Notes: generated by a model not told the origin, from the sequence alone. A stretch of 32,000 nt of DNA from Cupriavidus necator (GCF_016127575.1 NZ_CP066019.1:2670001-2702000); one strand, 5' to 3'. Counted from the first letter of the stretch, positions 7,334 to 16,076 are shown. Made by a program: numbers and translations.

Positions 7334-8227
7334 ATGTGGCAACCGGATCCCGTCACTCTTCGGCTCTTCATCGCGGTCTGTGAGGAAGGCAGCATCGCCC
7401 GTGCCAGCGAGCGAGAGGGCATGGCTGCGGCAGCAGTGAGCAAGCGTGTGGCCGATATTGAGCGCGCACTCGGCACGCAACTACTGATCCGCAGCTCACG
7501 TGGCGTGAACCCCACGCCGGCGGGAGACATCCTTCTTCGGCATGCCAGGCACCTGATGCAGGGTGTTGAACAAATGCAATCCGACCTGAGCGAGTTCTCC
7601 TCTGGAGTCCGGGGCCTGGTCCGGGTTCTTGCGAACATTTCCTCCATCGTTGAGTTTCTGCCTGAAGAGATCGCGTCCTTTCTGCAGACCCACGAGAACA
7701 TTCACGTAGTTCTTGAGGAACGCGCAAGTTCGGAGATCGTCAGAGGCATTGCCGAGGGCAGCGCAGACATTGGCATCTGTCGTGACTTTGTGGCGGAACG
7801 GGAAGTAGAAATGCTGCCATTCCGCGCGGATCACTTCTGTGTCGTCGTGCATCGCAGCCACCCTCTGGCGAGCCGGAGCGAGGTATCTTTTGCGGACACG
7901 CTCGGCTACGAGCATATTGGCTTCGCACCCAACGTCGCCCTGCATGCGCTTACCCGCAGAGTTGCATATGAGAACAGGCGGACCATCAGGTATCGGGCCA
8001 ATGTCACTACGTTCGACGCGGCGTGTCGGCTGATTCACCTAAATCTAGGCCTTGCCGTGCTGCCTGCAGAAGCCGTAGAAAAGTACCAGCCGCTCTACGA
8101 TCTCTGCGTAATCAAGTTGATCGATGCGTGGGCGACACGAAAATTCGTCATTTGTGTTCGCCACGCCGACCAACTCTCTTCCGCTGCGAACCGATTTCTT
8201 GCGCATTTGACGCGAACACTGCCCTAG
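7334..8227 (+). CDS. LysR-family transcriptional regulator
   Basis: 297 aa. The N-terminal wHTH LRLFIAVCEEGSIARASEREGMAAAAVSKRVADIERALGTQLLIRSSRGVNPTPAG is followed by an LTTR substrate-binding domain. AGGA lies about 10 nt upstream of the ATG. Confidence 0.9.
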   Translation: MWQPDPVTLRLFIAVCEEGSIARASEREGMAAAAVSKRVADIERALGTQLLIRSSRGVNPTPAGDILLRHARHLMQGVEQMQSDLSEFSSGVRGLVRVLANISSIVEFLPEEIASFLQTHENIHVVLEERASSEIVRGIAEGSADIGICRDFVAEREVEMLPFRADHFCVVVHRSHPLASRSEVSFADTLGYEHIGFAPNVALHALTRRVAYENRRTIRYRANVTTFDAACRLIHLNLGLAVLPAEAVEKYQPLYDLCVIKLIDAWATRKFVICVRHADQLSSAANRFLAHLTRTLP

Positions 8228-8282
8228 GGAAATCCCGGCAAGGTTACGGCAAGCGGGGGCCGCCGGTTCGACCATCGCGTAG

Positions 8283-8301
8283 GACGATGGCTGCCATCGT
8301 C
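8283..8301. promoter_or_regulatory. 19-bp perfect palindrome GACGATGGC-T-GCCATCGTC between the LysR gene and the CoA-transferase gene
   Basis: Read directly. An additional ACCATCG at 8271-8277 could pair alternatively with CGATGG at 8285-8290. Function unknown (operator or weak terminator). Confidence 0.3.
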
Positions 8302-8430
8302 GGAATGGGATTGCTGCAGGCCCCCCGTGGAGGCAAGCTCTGACCCCTGAGCGTTTGTGGGAATTTGAGCTTGCCCCGGGCGGCAGCAGGGAGCAGTTCC
8401 CCAAAAGCTCGGCGCATTCGGAGCACATAA

Positions 8431-9663
8431 ATGAGTAGCGCAAGCACTTCGGCAGCGCAACGTCTACCGCTGAGCGGAATTCGAGTCATTGAAATGACTC
8501 ACATGGTCATGGGTCCGGCATGCGGACTGATCCTTGCTGATCTAGGGGCGGAGGTAATCAAGGTCGAACCGCCCAAGGGTGACAGCACTCGCCGGTTACT
8601 GGGGGCAGGCGCAGGGTTCTTTCGGGCATTCAACCGAAACAAGAAGAGCATCGCAGTCGAGGTGAGCGAAAACAAGGACATGGAAGCCTTGCTGAAGCTG
8701 ATTGACGGCGCCGACGTCTTTCTTGAGAACTTCAAGCCCGGGCGGATGAAGGCTCTCGGCCTGGACTATGAAACGCTTCGCAAGCGCAACCCGAAGCTGA
8801 TCTATGTCTCGCACAAAGGCTTTCTTAGCGGACCATACGAGAAACGTCTCGCTCTCGACGAAGTTGTACAGATGATGGCGGGGCTAGCCTACATGACGGG
8901 CCCGGTCGGACGCCCTTTACGAGCTGGCAGTTCAGTCAATGACATTATGGGTGGCATGTTCGGCGCAATCGGCGTCCTGGCTGCCCTGTACGAACGCAAC
9001 GCCACCGGCGCAGGCAAGGAGGTTCAGTCCGGCCTGTTCGAGAACTGCGTCCTCCTGTCTGCGCAGCATATGCAGCAGTACGCCGTGACCGGACAACCTG
9101 CGGCCCCGATGCCGGCACGGATCAGTGCCTGGGCAGTCTACGATGTGTTCCAGCTGGCGGACGGTCACCAGATGTTTATTGCCGCCACGGGAGACGCCCA
9201 GTGGCGGACGCTTTGCCACATCATCGGCAGGAACGATCTCCTTGAGGACCAGCGCCTGCTTTCCAACAACGACAGGGTACTGGCAAGAGATTGGCTGTTG
9301 CCGACGCTTGGAGAAACGCTGAAGGCCTTCCGTGCCGAAATGCTGACGGCTGCTTTTGAAGCAGGCAACATACCGTTTGCTGAGATCACCCGTCCCGAAG
9401 AGCTCTTCGACGACCCGCATCTCAAAGAGAGTGGCGGGCTGGCGAAGCTTCAGGTCGATGACGGCAGCACCACCGAAGTTCCCCTGCTGCCGTTCTCGCT
9501 GGATGGCGCACGGCTACAGCCTCGCATGCCAATCGCGCGCATTGGCGAGCACACCCGTGAGGTTCTGGAATCTGCCGGTTGTGCCGCAAGCGACGTGGAT
9601 GCCATCGTGGCCAAGCACCGCGGGCCCGGGCTCGCCCAACCGGCGGCTGCCCATATGGATTGA
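8431..9663 (+). CDS. Family III CoA-transferase (CaiB/BaiF/Frc family)
   Basis: 410 aa. The N-terminus LSGIRVIEMTHMVMGPACGLILADLGAEVIKVEPPKGDSTRR is the family III signature region. The conserved Asp region SVNDIMGGMFGAIGVLAAL is present. GGAGCA Shine-Dalgarno upstream. Confidence 0.9.
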   Translation: MSSASTSAAQRLPLSGIRVIEMTHMVMGPACGLILADLGAEVIKVEPPKGDSTRRLLGAGAGFFRAFNRNKKSIAVEVSENKDMEALLKLIDGADVFLENFKPGRMKALGLDYETLRKRNPKLIYVSHKGFLSGPYEKRLALDEVVQMMAGLAYMTGPVGRPLRAGSSVNDIMGGMFGAIGVLAALYERNATGAGKEVQSGLFENCVLLSAQHMQQYAVTGQPAAPMPARISAWAVYDVFQLADGHQMFIAATGDAQWRTLCHIIGRNDLLEDQRLLSNNDRVLARDWLLPTLGETLKAFRAEMLTAAFEAGNIPFAEITRPEELFDDPHLKESGGLAKLQVDDGSTTEVPLLPFSLDGARLQPRMPIARIGEHTREVLESAGCAASDVDAIVAKHRGPGLAQPAAAHMD

Positions 9664-9768
9664 CCCTGCCGCCACGTGATACCCAGCATGGTGACGCAAT
9701 CCATTCGTGACCGTAGAAGCCTGGCGACGTTCAGGCTGGTTCAGAGATATCGAGAACAGGAGACAAGG

Positions 9769-10746
9769 ATGAAGAAGGGAATGACTGCAGCATTTCTGCT
9801 CATGTGTGGCGTGATGGCGGGAACTTCCGCGGCCCATGCAGAAACAACATGGCCAACCAAGCCAATCCGGTTGGTTATCCCTTTTCCGCCTGGTGGCGGC
9901 ACGGACATCCTGTCTCGCATCGTCGCAAACGAGGTGTCTCAGACCACCAAGTGGACGTTCGTCCCAGACAACAAGCCTGGTGCCGGCGGGACAATCGGTA
10001 TATCCGATGTGGTCAAGGCCGCCCCGACTGGATACGACATCGTGATGGGGCAGAAGGACAATGTCGTGGTCGCGCCATGGGTGAACAAAGCCGTGACCTA
10101 CGACCCGCGCAAGGATCTCGTGGCGATCGCTCATGTCGCCTACGTCCCCCTGGTTATCGTCACGCCTAAGAATTCGCCTTACAAATCGTTCCAGGATCTG
10201 GTGACGGCCGCTCGGAAATCACCTGGCACGGTCACATACGCGTCGCCGGGCAACGGCACCACAGCCCATCTTGCCGCCGAGATCATTGGCCATGCCGCCG
10301 GCATCAAGCTCTTGCATGTCCCCTACAAAGGCTCCAACGCTGCGCTGGTCGACACCATGGCCGGGAATGTGAACATCATGATCTCGTCAGTCCCATCGGC
10401 CCTGGCGCAGATCAAGTCGGGCAAGGTGCGGGCCATGGCCGTCACCTCAGCGACGCGTAGTTCCGCCTTGCCCGAAGTACCCACCGTCGCCGAGAGCGGG
10501 TACAAGCAGGTTGACGTCAGTTCCTGGTATGGACTCTTCGCCCCTGCGAAGACACCGAAGGACGTTGTGGAACGCATTGGCGTGGAAGTGAACAAGGCAA
10601 TGGCCAAGCCAGCCGTCATCCATAACATCAACGAACAGGGCGCGGAAGCGAAGTCCATGTCCGCAGCAGAATTCTCCCAGCTTGTGCAAAGCGACTATCT
10701 GAAGTGGAAGGACATCGTAAAGGCGTCCGGAGCCACGGTCGAATGA
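9769..10746 (+). CDS. Bug-family (TctC-like) tripartite tricarboxylate transporter periplasmic receptor
   Basis: Start re-set to ATG 9769 (MKKGMTAAFLLMCGVMAGTSAAHA signal peptide, GGAGA Shine-Dalgarno). The mature sequence starts ETTWPTKPIRLVIPFPPGGGTDILSRIVA...DNKPGAGGTIG, the hallmark Bug/TctC motif. Confidence 0.9.
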   Translation: MKKGMTAAFLLMCGVMAGTSAAHAETTWPTKPIRLVIPFPPGGGTDILSRIVANEVSQTTKWTFVPDNKPGAGGTIGISDVVKAAPTGYDIVMGQKDNVVVAPWVNKAVTYDPRKDLVAIAHVAYVPLVIVTPKNSPYKSFQDLVTAARKSPGTVTYASPGNGTTAHLAAEIIGHAAGIKLLHVPYKGSNAALVDTMAGNVNIMISSVPSALAQIKSGKVRAMAVTSATRSSALPEVPTVAESGYKQVDVSSWYGLFAPAKTPKDVVERIGVEVNKAMAKPAVIHNINEQGAEAKSMSAAEFSQLVQSDYLKWKDIVKASGATVE

Positions 10747-11055
10747 GCAGGATCGGCCAAGCCGTACGCATGCCATAGCAGATCTTCACGGGAAACCGGC
10801 ACGGTCGAAAGAACTCGCGCGCTCCAGCCGCGCTGAGGGGCACCTGGTTGCGCGCAGCCCTCTGCAGCGAGCGATGAAAGACCGTCCAAGGGCTCACTTC
10901 CGCCTTTGGCATGGCTGGCCGGTACCCGGCCCTGAGCAGAGCAGCCATGATATGGCTCCACCGGGCAGACATGCTGGATACGGCACTCCCAGTACGTTAG
11001 TTCCGCAATCCTCAATGTTCCGCCGAATCAATACTCCTCCGGCAAACCTCGGTTC

Positions 11056-11088
11056 ATACAATGATCGGCAATGCATTGTATTGATCAA
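11056..11088. promoter_or_regulatory. Inverted repeat ATACAATG-N10-CATTGTAT abutting palindrome TTGATCAA, about 90 bp upstream of the hyuAB-like gene; candidate operator/promoter
   Basis: Read directly: arms at 11056-11063 and 11074-11081, with TTGATCAA at 11081-11088. It sits in the AT-richest part of a 420-bp intergenic region. Confidence 0.3.
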
Positions 11089-11167
11089 GTAACGGTACGC
11101 CGAGGCTATATCTCCCGTCTCAATCGAGAAATACCTCCGTACGTCACTGCGAGGAGTATTTCAAGAA

Positions 11168-14100
11168 ATGGCCAGGCTGGGTATAGACATTGGCGGTACG
11201 TTCACCGATTTCGCACTTGAGGTTTTTCACGATGGTGCCGTGCGTCACCACTTCCTCAAGGTACTTACAACGCCCCACGCACCAGAAGTTGCAGTTGTGG
11301 AAGGCACCCGCCAGATACTGGCTGCAGCGGGCCTTCAGCCGGCTGATGTCAAGACCCTCGTGCACGGCACCACATTGGCGACCAATGCGGTCATCGAGCG
11401 TCGTGGCGCACGCATCGCGTTCCTTACCACAGAGGGATTCCGCGATACCCTGGAAATGGGCAACGAAAGCCGGTACGACCATTATGACCTCTATGTGGAA
11501 AAGCCAGAGCCGCTCGTCCCACGTTGCCTGCGGCTGACGGTGCGGGAGCGCCTGGCGTCAGATGGCAAGATCCTGCTTCCCCTGGATGAGGAGGGCTTGC
11601 GAGAACTATTGCCGACGCTTGATGCAGCAAAGGTGGAAGCTGTCGCGATTGGGTTCATGCATAGCTTTGCCAATCCGGAACACGAACGTCGGGCCGCGGA
11701 ACTGCTGCGCGCATGGCGTCCCGGGATACGCGTTTCCCTCTCCTGCGAAGTCGCGCCTGAAATCCGCGAGTACGAACGCTTTGCCACGGTTTGCGCGAAC
11801 GCCTACGTCCAGCCCGTCATGGCGGGATACCTGGAGCGCCTTGAGCGCGAAATGGAGACTCTTGGCATCGCCGCGCCATTGATGCTGATGCTCTCCAATG
11901 GCGGCTTGTGTGAAGCCGAAGTAGCGCGACGCTTTCCGGTGCGCTTGCTCGAATCAGGGCCGGCAGGCGGAGCCATTCTCGCCGCCCATGTTGCGCGAAC
12001 GCTCAAGCTGGATCGTGCGCTGCTCGTCGACATTGGCGGGACGACAGCGAAGCTCTGCTTTATCGATAATGGCGTGCCCCAGACTGCGCGCGCAATGGAA
12101 GTCGCGCGTATCGCCCGTTTCAAGGCCGGAAGCGGCATTCCGCTGCGCTTCCCGGTCATCGAACTGGCTGAAATCGGCGCCGGTGGCGGCTCCATTGCAC
12201 ACCGGGACACGCTCGGTCGGCTGCAGGTGGGACCTGAAAGTGCCAGTTCGGTGCCAGGGCCGGCTTGCTATGGCCGAGGCGGCACAGCACCCACGGTCAC
12301 GGACGCGCACCTGCTGCTGGGCAGAATCGACCCCGACGAATTCGGCGGCGGCAGGATGAAGCTCGATCGAGGCGCGGCCCAGCGTGCGTATGAACGACTG
12401 GGCGACGCGCTCGGCATGTCGGCCCAGGATGCCGCCTGGAGCGTCTGTGAAATTGTCGATGAGAACATGGCGAGCGCAGTGCGCGAACACGCGGTGGAAG
12501 TCGGCAAAGGGCTGGATGGCCGAACGCTGATCGCTATTGGCGGCATGGCCCCGCTCCATGGGGCTCGACTCGCCGCCAAACTCGGGCTGGACCATGTGAT
12601 CGTCCCTGTCGGGGCAGGTGTGGGCTCGGCCTTGGGCTTTCTCCGGGCGCCTGTCTCTTTCGAAGCCACCCGCAGCGTCCTTCTTTGCACGGCGCAGTTC
12701 GATCCCGATTCGGCCAATGCCATCGCCGATGCCCTCATCGCAGACCTGCGCCAGCTGGTTCGCCGAGCTGCCTCGACGCAACCCATGACAGAACAGCGCA
12801 TGGCCTGGATGCGCTACCATGGCCAGGGCCACGAGATTCGTGTCCAGTTGCCGTCCCGGCGGTTCCAGGCTGGTGACGGCGAATCCCTGAGGCAGGCCTT
12901 TGAGGCGGCCTACCACGCATCCTACGGCCGCACGGTCGAAGCGGGGCAGGTCGAGATCCTCGGCTGGACCATCCGCGTTGAAGCCTCGGAGGTCCAGGCG
13001 ACCCCCGCTCCGATGCCTGGGCACCCACCCGCGGCCAGGTCGATGGGAGCAGCGTCTCCCGGATTCCGCGATGCCTTCGACCAGGGCGCGAGAACCTGGG
13101 AAAGCTACGCGGTTCATCGCATCGCGGAACTCGAGCGGACGGATCCCCTACCGGCGCCGGCTCTGCTTGCGACAAACGAAACAACAGTCGTGGTCCCGCT
13201 GGGCTTTACCTTTGCATTGGGGTCGACTGGCGAACTCCAGCTCCTGCGCAATCAGGATCTGGGTGCCCAGGGCACTACTGTCGCCTCGGCCGCAATGCCT
13301 GCCAGTATCCGCCTGCAAGTCCTGTGGGACCGACTCAATGCCCTGGTTGAAGAGCAGGCACGCACCATGATGCGGACCGCATTCTCGCCGACCGTACGAG
13401 AAGCCGGCGACCTGGCAGCCGGACTCTTCGATTTGCAGGGACGCCTTGTCGTTCAGGCGGTTACCGGAACACCAGGCCACGTGAACTCCCTTGCCGCATG
13501 CACGGTGCACTTCCTGAAGAAGTACCCGCTCGCGGAGATGAGCGAAGGCGACCATTTCATTACCAATGACCCGTGGCTTGCCTCGGGGCACCTGCACGAC
13601 ATTACTGTGTTGTCTCCGGTATTTCAGGCTGGCCGGCCCATCGGCTTCTTTGCCTGCACCTGCCATCAGGTCGACATCGGCGGCCTTGGCATGGGGCCGG
13701 ATGCAAAATCGGTATATGAAGAAGGCCTTCAGATTCCAATGCTCAAGCTGGCGCGAAAAGGCCAGCTGAATGAAGACCTTCTGGAGATGGTGCGAGTCAA
13801 TGTGCGTCAACCCGAGGCAGTGATTGGCGACATCCTTTCCTACGTCACCGCCAACGAGAGCAGCGGCAGGCGATTGGTGGCAACGCTGGATGAGCTGGGT
13901 GAAGCGGGACTGGAAAGGATAAGCGCCTTTGTTTGCGAGCGCTCCGCCGCCGGCATGCGCGCAGCGATAGAGAAACTGCCGCGTGGTACGTTTCACCACA
14001 GCATGGAGCTCGATGGCTACGATACTCCAGTGCATATCGAGTGCCAGGTCACAATTGCCGAGGATGGCGTTTCAGTGACCTTCGATGGCACTTCCGGCGC

Positions 14101-14896
14101 CAGTCAGCGTGGCATCAATCTGGTTCTGAATTACACGCGGGCCTATGCCTCCTTTGGGGTCCGGGCGGCGGTCGCGCCTTCCGTTCCCAACAATGCCGGT
14201 TCGCTTGCGCTGGTCGAGGTCAATGCCCCGGTGGGCTCGATTCTCAATGTGGAGCGCCCGGCCCCGGTCTGCGCACGACATATCATCGGGCAGTTCCTGC
14301 CGGAAGTCGTTCTGGGCGCGCTTGCCGCTGCGATGCCTGACCGCGTGCCGGCAGAGGGTGCGGCATGCAACTGGGGCCTCCAGTTGCGTGGGCAGGGTAC
14401 CAGCGAGCAACCGCAGGGATTCGAAATCCTGTTCTTCAACTCCGGCGGATCAGGTGCGCGTCCGAACAGCGACGGGCTCTCCGCAACTTGCTTCCCAAGC
14501 GGCATCCGTTCCATCCCAGTGGAAATCTGCGAAAGCGTTGCTCCCATCGTCATATGGAAAAAGGAATTGCTGCCCGGATCGGGAGGCGCCGGCAAATGGC
14601 GAGGCGGCCTGGGTCAGCGCGTGGAAGTGTCCACCCGTGACGGCACTTCATTCCAGTTCTTCGGTCTCTTTGACCGTGTGCGCAACCCCGCGAGAGGCCG
14701 CAATGGCGGCATGGACGGGGCACCGGGATGGGTTGGCCTCACCACCGGCGAGACCCTCAAGTCGTTAGGCTTGCAGACGGTTCCCTCCGGCGAAGTGTTG
14801 CGCATCGACGTTCCCGGCGGGGCGGGCTTTGGCTGCGCCGAAGCGCGCGACAGCGACGCGCGCCACCGCGACTCGGAAATGGGGTACGTGGCATGA
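11168..14896 (+). CDS. Fused hydantoinase A / hydantoinase B (5-oxoprolinase / N-methylhydantoinase family, ATP-dependent)
   Basis: 1242-aa single ORF. The N-terminal half begins MARLGIDIGGTFTDFAL (HyuA/oxoprolinase ATPase fold). The C-terminal half starts near IRLQVLWDRLNALVEEQARTMMRTAFSPTVREAGDLAAGLFD (HyuB). Long minus-strand ORFs inside it are antisense shadows. Confidence 0.9.
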   Translation: MARLGIDIGGTFTDFALEVFHDGAVRHHFLKVLTTPHAPEVAVVEGTRQILAAAGLQPADVKTLVHGTTLATNAVIERRGARIAFLTTEGFRDTLEMGNESRYDHYDLYVEKPEPLVPRCLRLTVRERLASDGKILLPLDEEGLRELLPTLDAAKVEAVAIGFMHSFANPEHERRAAELLRAWRPGIRVSLSCEVAPEIREYERFATVCANAYVQPVMAGYLERLEREMETLGIAAPLMLMLSNGGLCEAEVARRFPVRLLESGPAGGAILAAHVARTLKLDRALLVDIGGTTAKLCFIDNGVPQTARAMEVARIARFKAGSGIPLRFPVIELAEIGAGGGSIAHRDTLGRLQVGPESASSVPGPACYGRGGTAPTVTDAHLLLGRIDPDEFGGGRMKLDRGAAQRAYERLGDALGMSAQDAAWSVCEIVDENMASAVREHAVEVGKGLDGRTLIAIGGMAPLHGARLAAKLGLDHVIVPVGAGVGSALGFLRAPVSFEATRSVLLCTAQFDPDSANAIADALIADLRQLVRRAASTQPMTEQRMAWMRYHGQGHEIRVQLPSRRFQAGDGESLRQAFEAAYHASYGRTVEAGQVEILGWTIRVEASEVQATPAPMPGHPPAARSMGAASPGFRDAFDQGARTWESYAVHRIAELERTDPLPAPALLATNETTVVVPLGFTFALGSTGELQLLRNQDLGAQGTTVASAAMPASIRLQVLWDRLNALVEEQARTMMRTAFSPTVREAGDLAAGLFDLQGRLVVQAVTGTPGHVNSLAACTVHFLKKYPLAEMSEGDHFITNDPWLASGHLHDITVLSPVFQAGRPIGFFACTCHQVDIGGLGMGPDAKSVYEEGLQIPMLKLARKGQLNEDLLEMVRVNVRQPEAVIGDILSYVTANESSGRRLVATLDELGEAGLERISAFVCERSAAGMRAAIEKLPRGTFHHSMELDGYDTPVHIECQVTIAEDGVSVTFDGTSGASQRGINLVLNYTRAYASFGVRAAVAPSVPNNAGSLALVEVNAPVGSILNVERPAPVCARHIIGQFLPEVVLGALAAAMPDRVPAEGAACNWGLQLRGQGTSEQPQGFEILFFNSGGSGARPNSDGLSATCFPSGIRSIPVEICESVAPIVIWKKELLPGSGGAGKWRGGLGQRVEVSTRDGTSFQFFGLFDRVRNPARGRNGGMDGAPGWVGLTTGETLKSLGLQTVPSGEVLRIDVPGGAGFGCAEARDSDARHRDSEMGYVA

Positions 14897-14998
14897 AAAG
14901 CGGCGCGGTGATAAGCACCCGAGGCGGCTGGCAAAGGCTTGCGCCGGCAACAGCGCCGCGCCCGACCAGCCCGTCCTTCAAGCGCCTTTTCGCAATCT

Positions 14999-15025
14999 GA
15001 ACCCGTTTCCTCATGAAACGGGTTC
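14999..15025 (+). terminator. Perfect 11-bp stem / 5-nt loop hairpin (GAACCCGTTTC-CTCAT-GAAACGGGTTC) downstream of the hyuAB-like gene
   Basis: Read directly, about 100 nt after the stop at 14896. No clear U-tract follows, so its role as a terminator is uncertain. Confidence 0.4.
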
Positions 15026-15032
15026 CAAATCA

Positions 15033-15057
15033 ACTTTGCCTCCATTGGAGGCAAAGT
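15033..15057 (+). terminator. Second perfect 11-bp stem / 3-nt loop hairpin (ACTTTGCCTCC-ATT-GGAGGCAAAGT)
   Basis: Read directly, 7 nt after the first hairpin and 36 nt upstream of the next ATG (15094). Confidence 0.4.
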
Positions 15058-15093
15058 GCAGCCTGAGACTAATTCCTAACCACATCAACTCCC

Positions 15094-16071
15094 ATGAAAC
15101 CATTCATCGCTTCGTTGGCACGCTGTCTTGTGGTGTTACCCATGGCGCTCGCTGCACAGACCGGTATGGCGCAGGAGGGTCCTGTCAGGATCCTCGTCGG
15201 TTTCCCGCCGGGCGGCGTGACCGACGTCGTTGCTCGCCTGCTGGCCAAAGGCATGCAGGCAGAAATCGCGAGACCAGTCATTGTGGAAAATCGTCCAGGA
15301 GCCGGCGGTCAAATCGCGGCACAAGTCCTCAAATCCGCCCGCCCCGACGGCAATACACTGTTCCTGACCAACAGTCATACCACTGCCATGATTCCCTTTA
15401 CGAATCTCCATCCGGGATTTGACCCCCAGAAGGACTTCGTTCCAGTTGGCCTGGTAGGGACGATGCCGAACTTCTTCGTCGTGAATCCGGAAATGGTAGG
15501 GCCCGAAGTCGACAGCCTGAAGGCCTTTTCTCAATGGGCAAGAGCAAAGGCCGGCCGGGGCAACGTCGGCGTTCCCGCACCGGCGAGCGCGCCGGAGTTC
15601 TCCATCTCGCTGCTGAACAAGGCCTTCGACGCGGACCTCAAGGCCGTTGCCTACAAGGGAGATGCGCCGATGGTGCAGGACCTGCTGGCAGGACAGATTC
15701 CCGCGGGGATCTGCGCAATGGCCGCCGCGCTGCCTCACGTCCGCGCCGGCAAGCTCAAGCTTCTGGCTGTCGATGGACCGGAACGGCTGCCTGGCTTTGA
15801 CGTCCCCACCTACGCCGAGCGCGGGGTCAACGGCCTGAGCGATGCCATGACAATCGGCATCGTCGCGCCGGCCGGCATCGCGCCGGCGCTGGTGACAAAG
15901 TACAACACAGCCATCAACAAGGTCGTCGGATCGAGGGCCTTCCAGGATCGGGTTGCCGAATCCGGCATCATCGCCAGCACTGGCACTCCGGATGACATGG
16001 CGCGCGTTACGGAAGGCAGCAGGAAGGCCAATGCCCAGTTGGTGAAAGCGGCCGGATACCAGCCGCAGTAA
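15094..16071 (+). CDS. Bug-family (TctC-like) periplasmic solute receptor, second copy
   Basis: 325 aa. Signal peptide MKPFIASLARCLVVLPMALAAQTGMA, then VRILVGFPPGGVTDVVARLLA...ENRPGAGGQIA, the Bug/TctC hallmark. No obvious Shine-Dalgarno. Confidence 0.9.
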   Translation: MKPFIASLARCLVVLPMALAAQTGMAQEGPVRILVGFPPGGVTDVVARLLAKGMQAEIARPVIVENRPGAGGQIAAQVLKSARPDGNTLFLTNSHTTAMIPFTNLHPGFDPQKDFVPVGLVGTMPNFFVVNPEMVGPEVDSLKAFSQWARAKAGRGNVGVPAPASAPEFSISLLNKAFDADLKAVAYKGDAPMVQDLLAGQIPAGICAMAAALPHVRAGKLKLLAVDGPERLPGFDVPTYAERGVNGLSDAMTIGIVAPAGIAPALVTKYNTAINKVVGSRAFQDRVAESGIIASTGTPDDMARVTEGSRKANAQLVKAAGYQPQ

Positions 16072-16076
16072 CGGCT

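Noticed and set aside
11954-14035. 387-aa and 295-aa minus-strand ORFs inside the hyuAB-like gene
   Set aside because: They are shadow ORFs. The plus frame encodes a continuous, family-typical HyuA/HyuB protein.
15013-15066. 17-aa mini-ORF (MKRVPNQLCLHWRQSAA) starting in the loop of the first hairpin
   Set aside because: It has no Shine-Dalgarno and spans both hairpins. It is most simply a by-product of the palindromic sequence.
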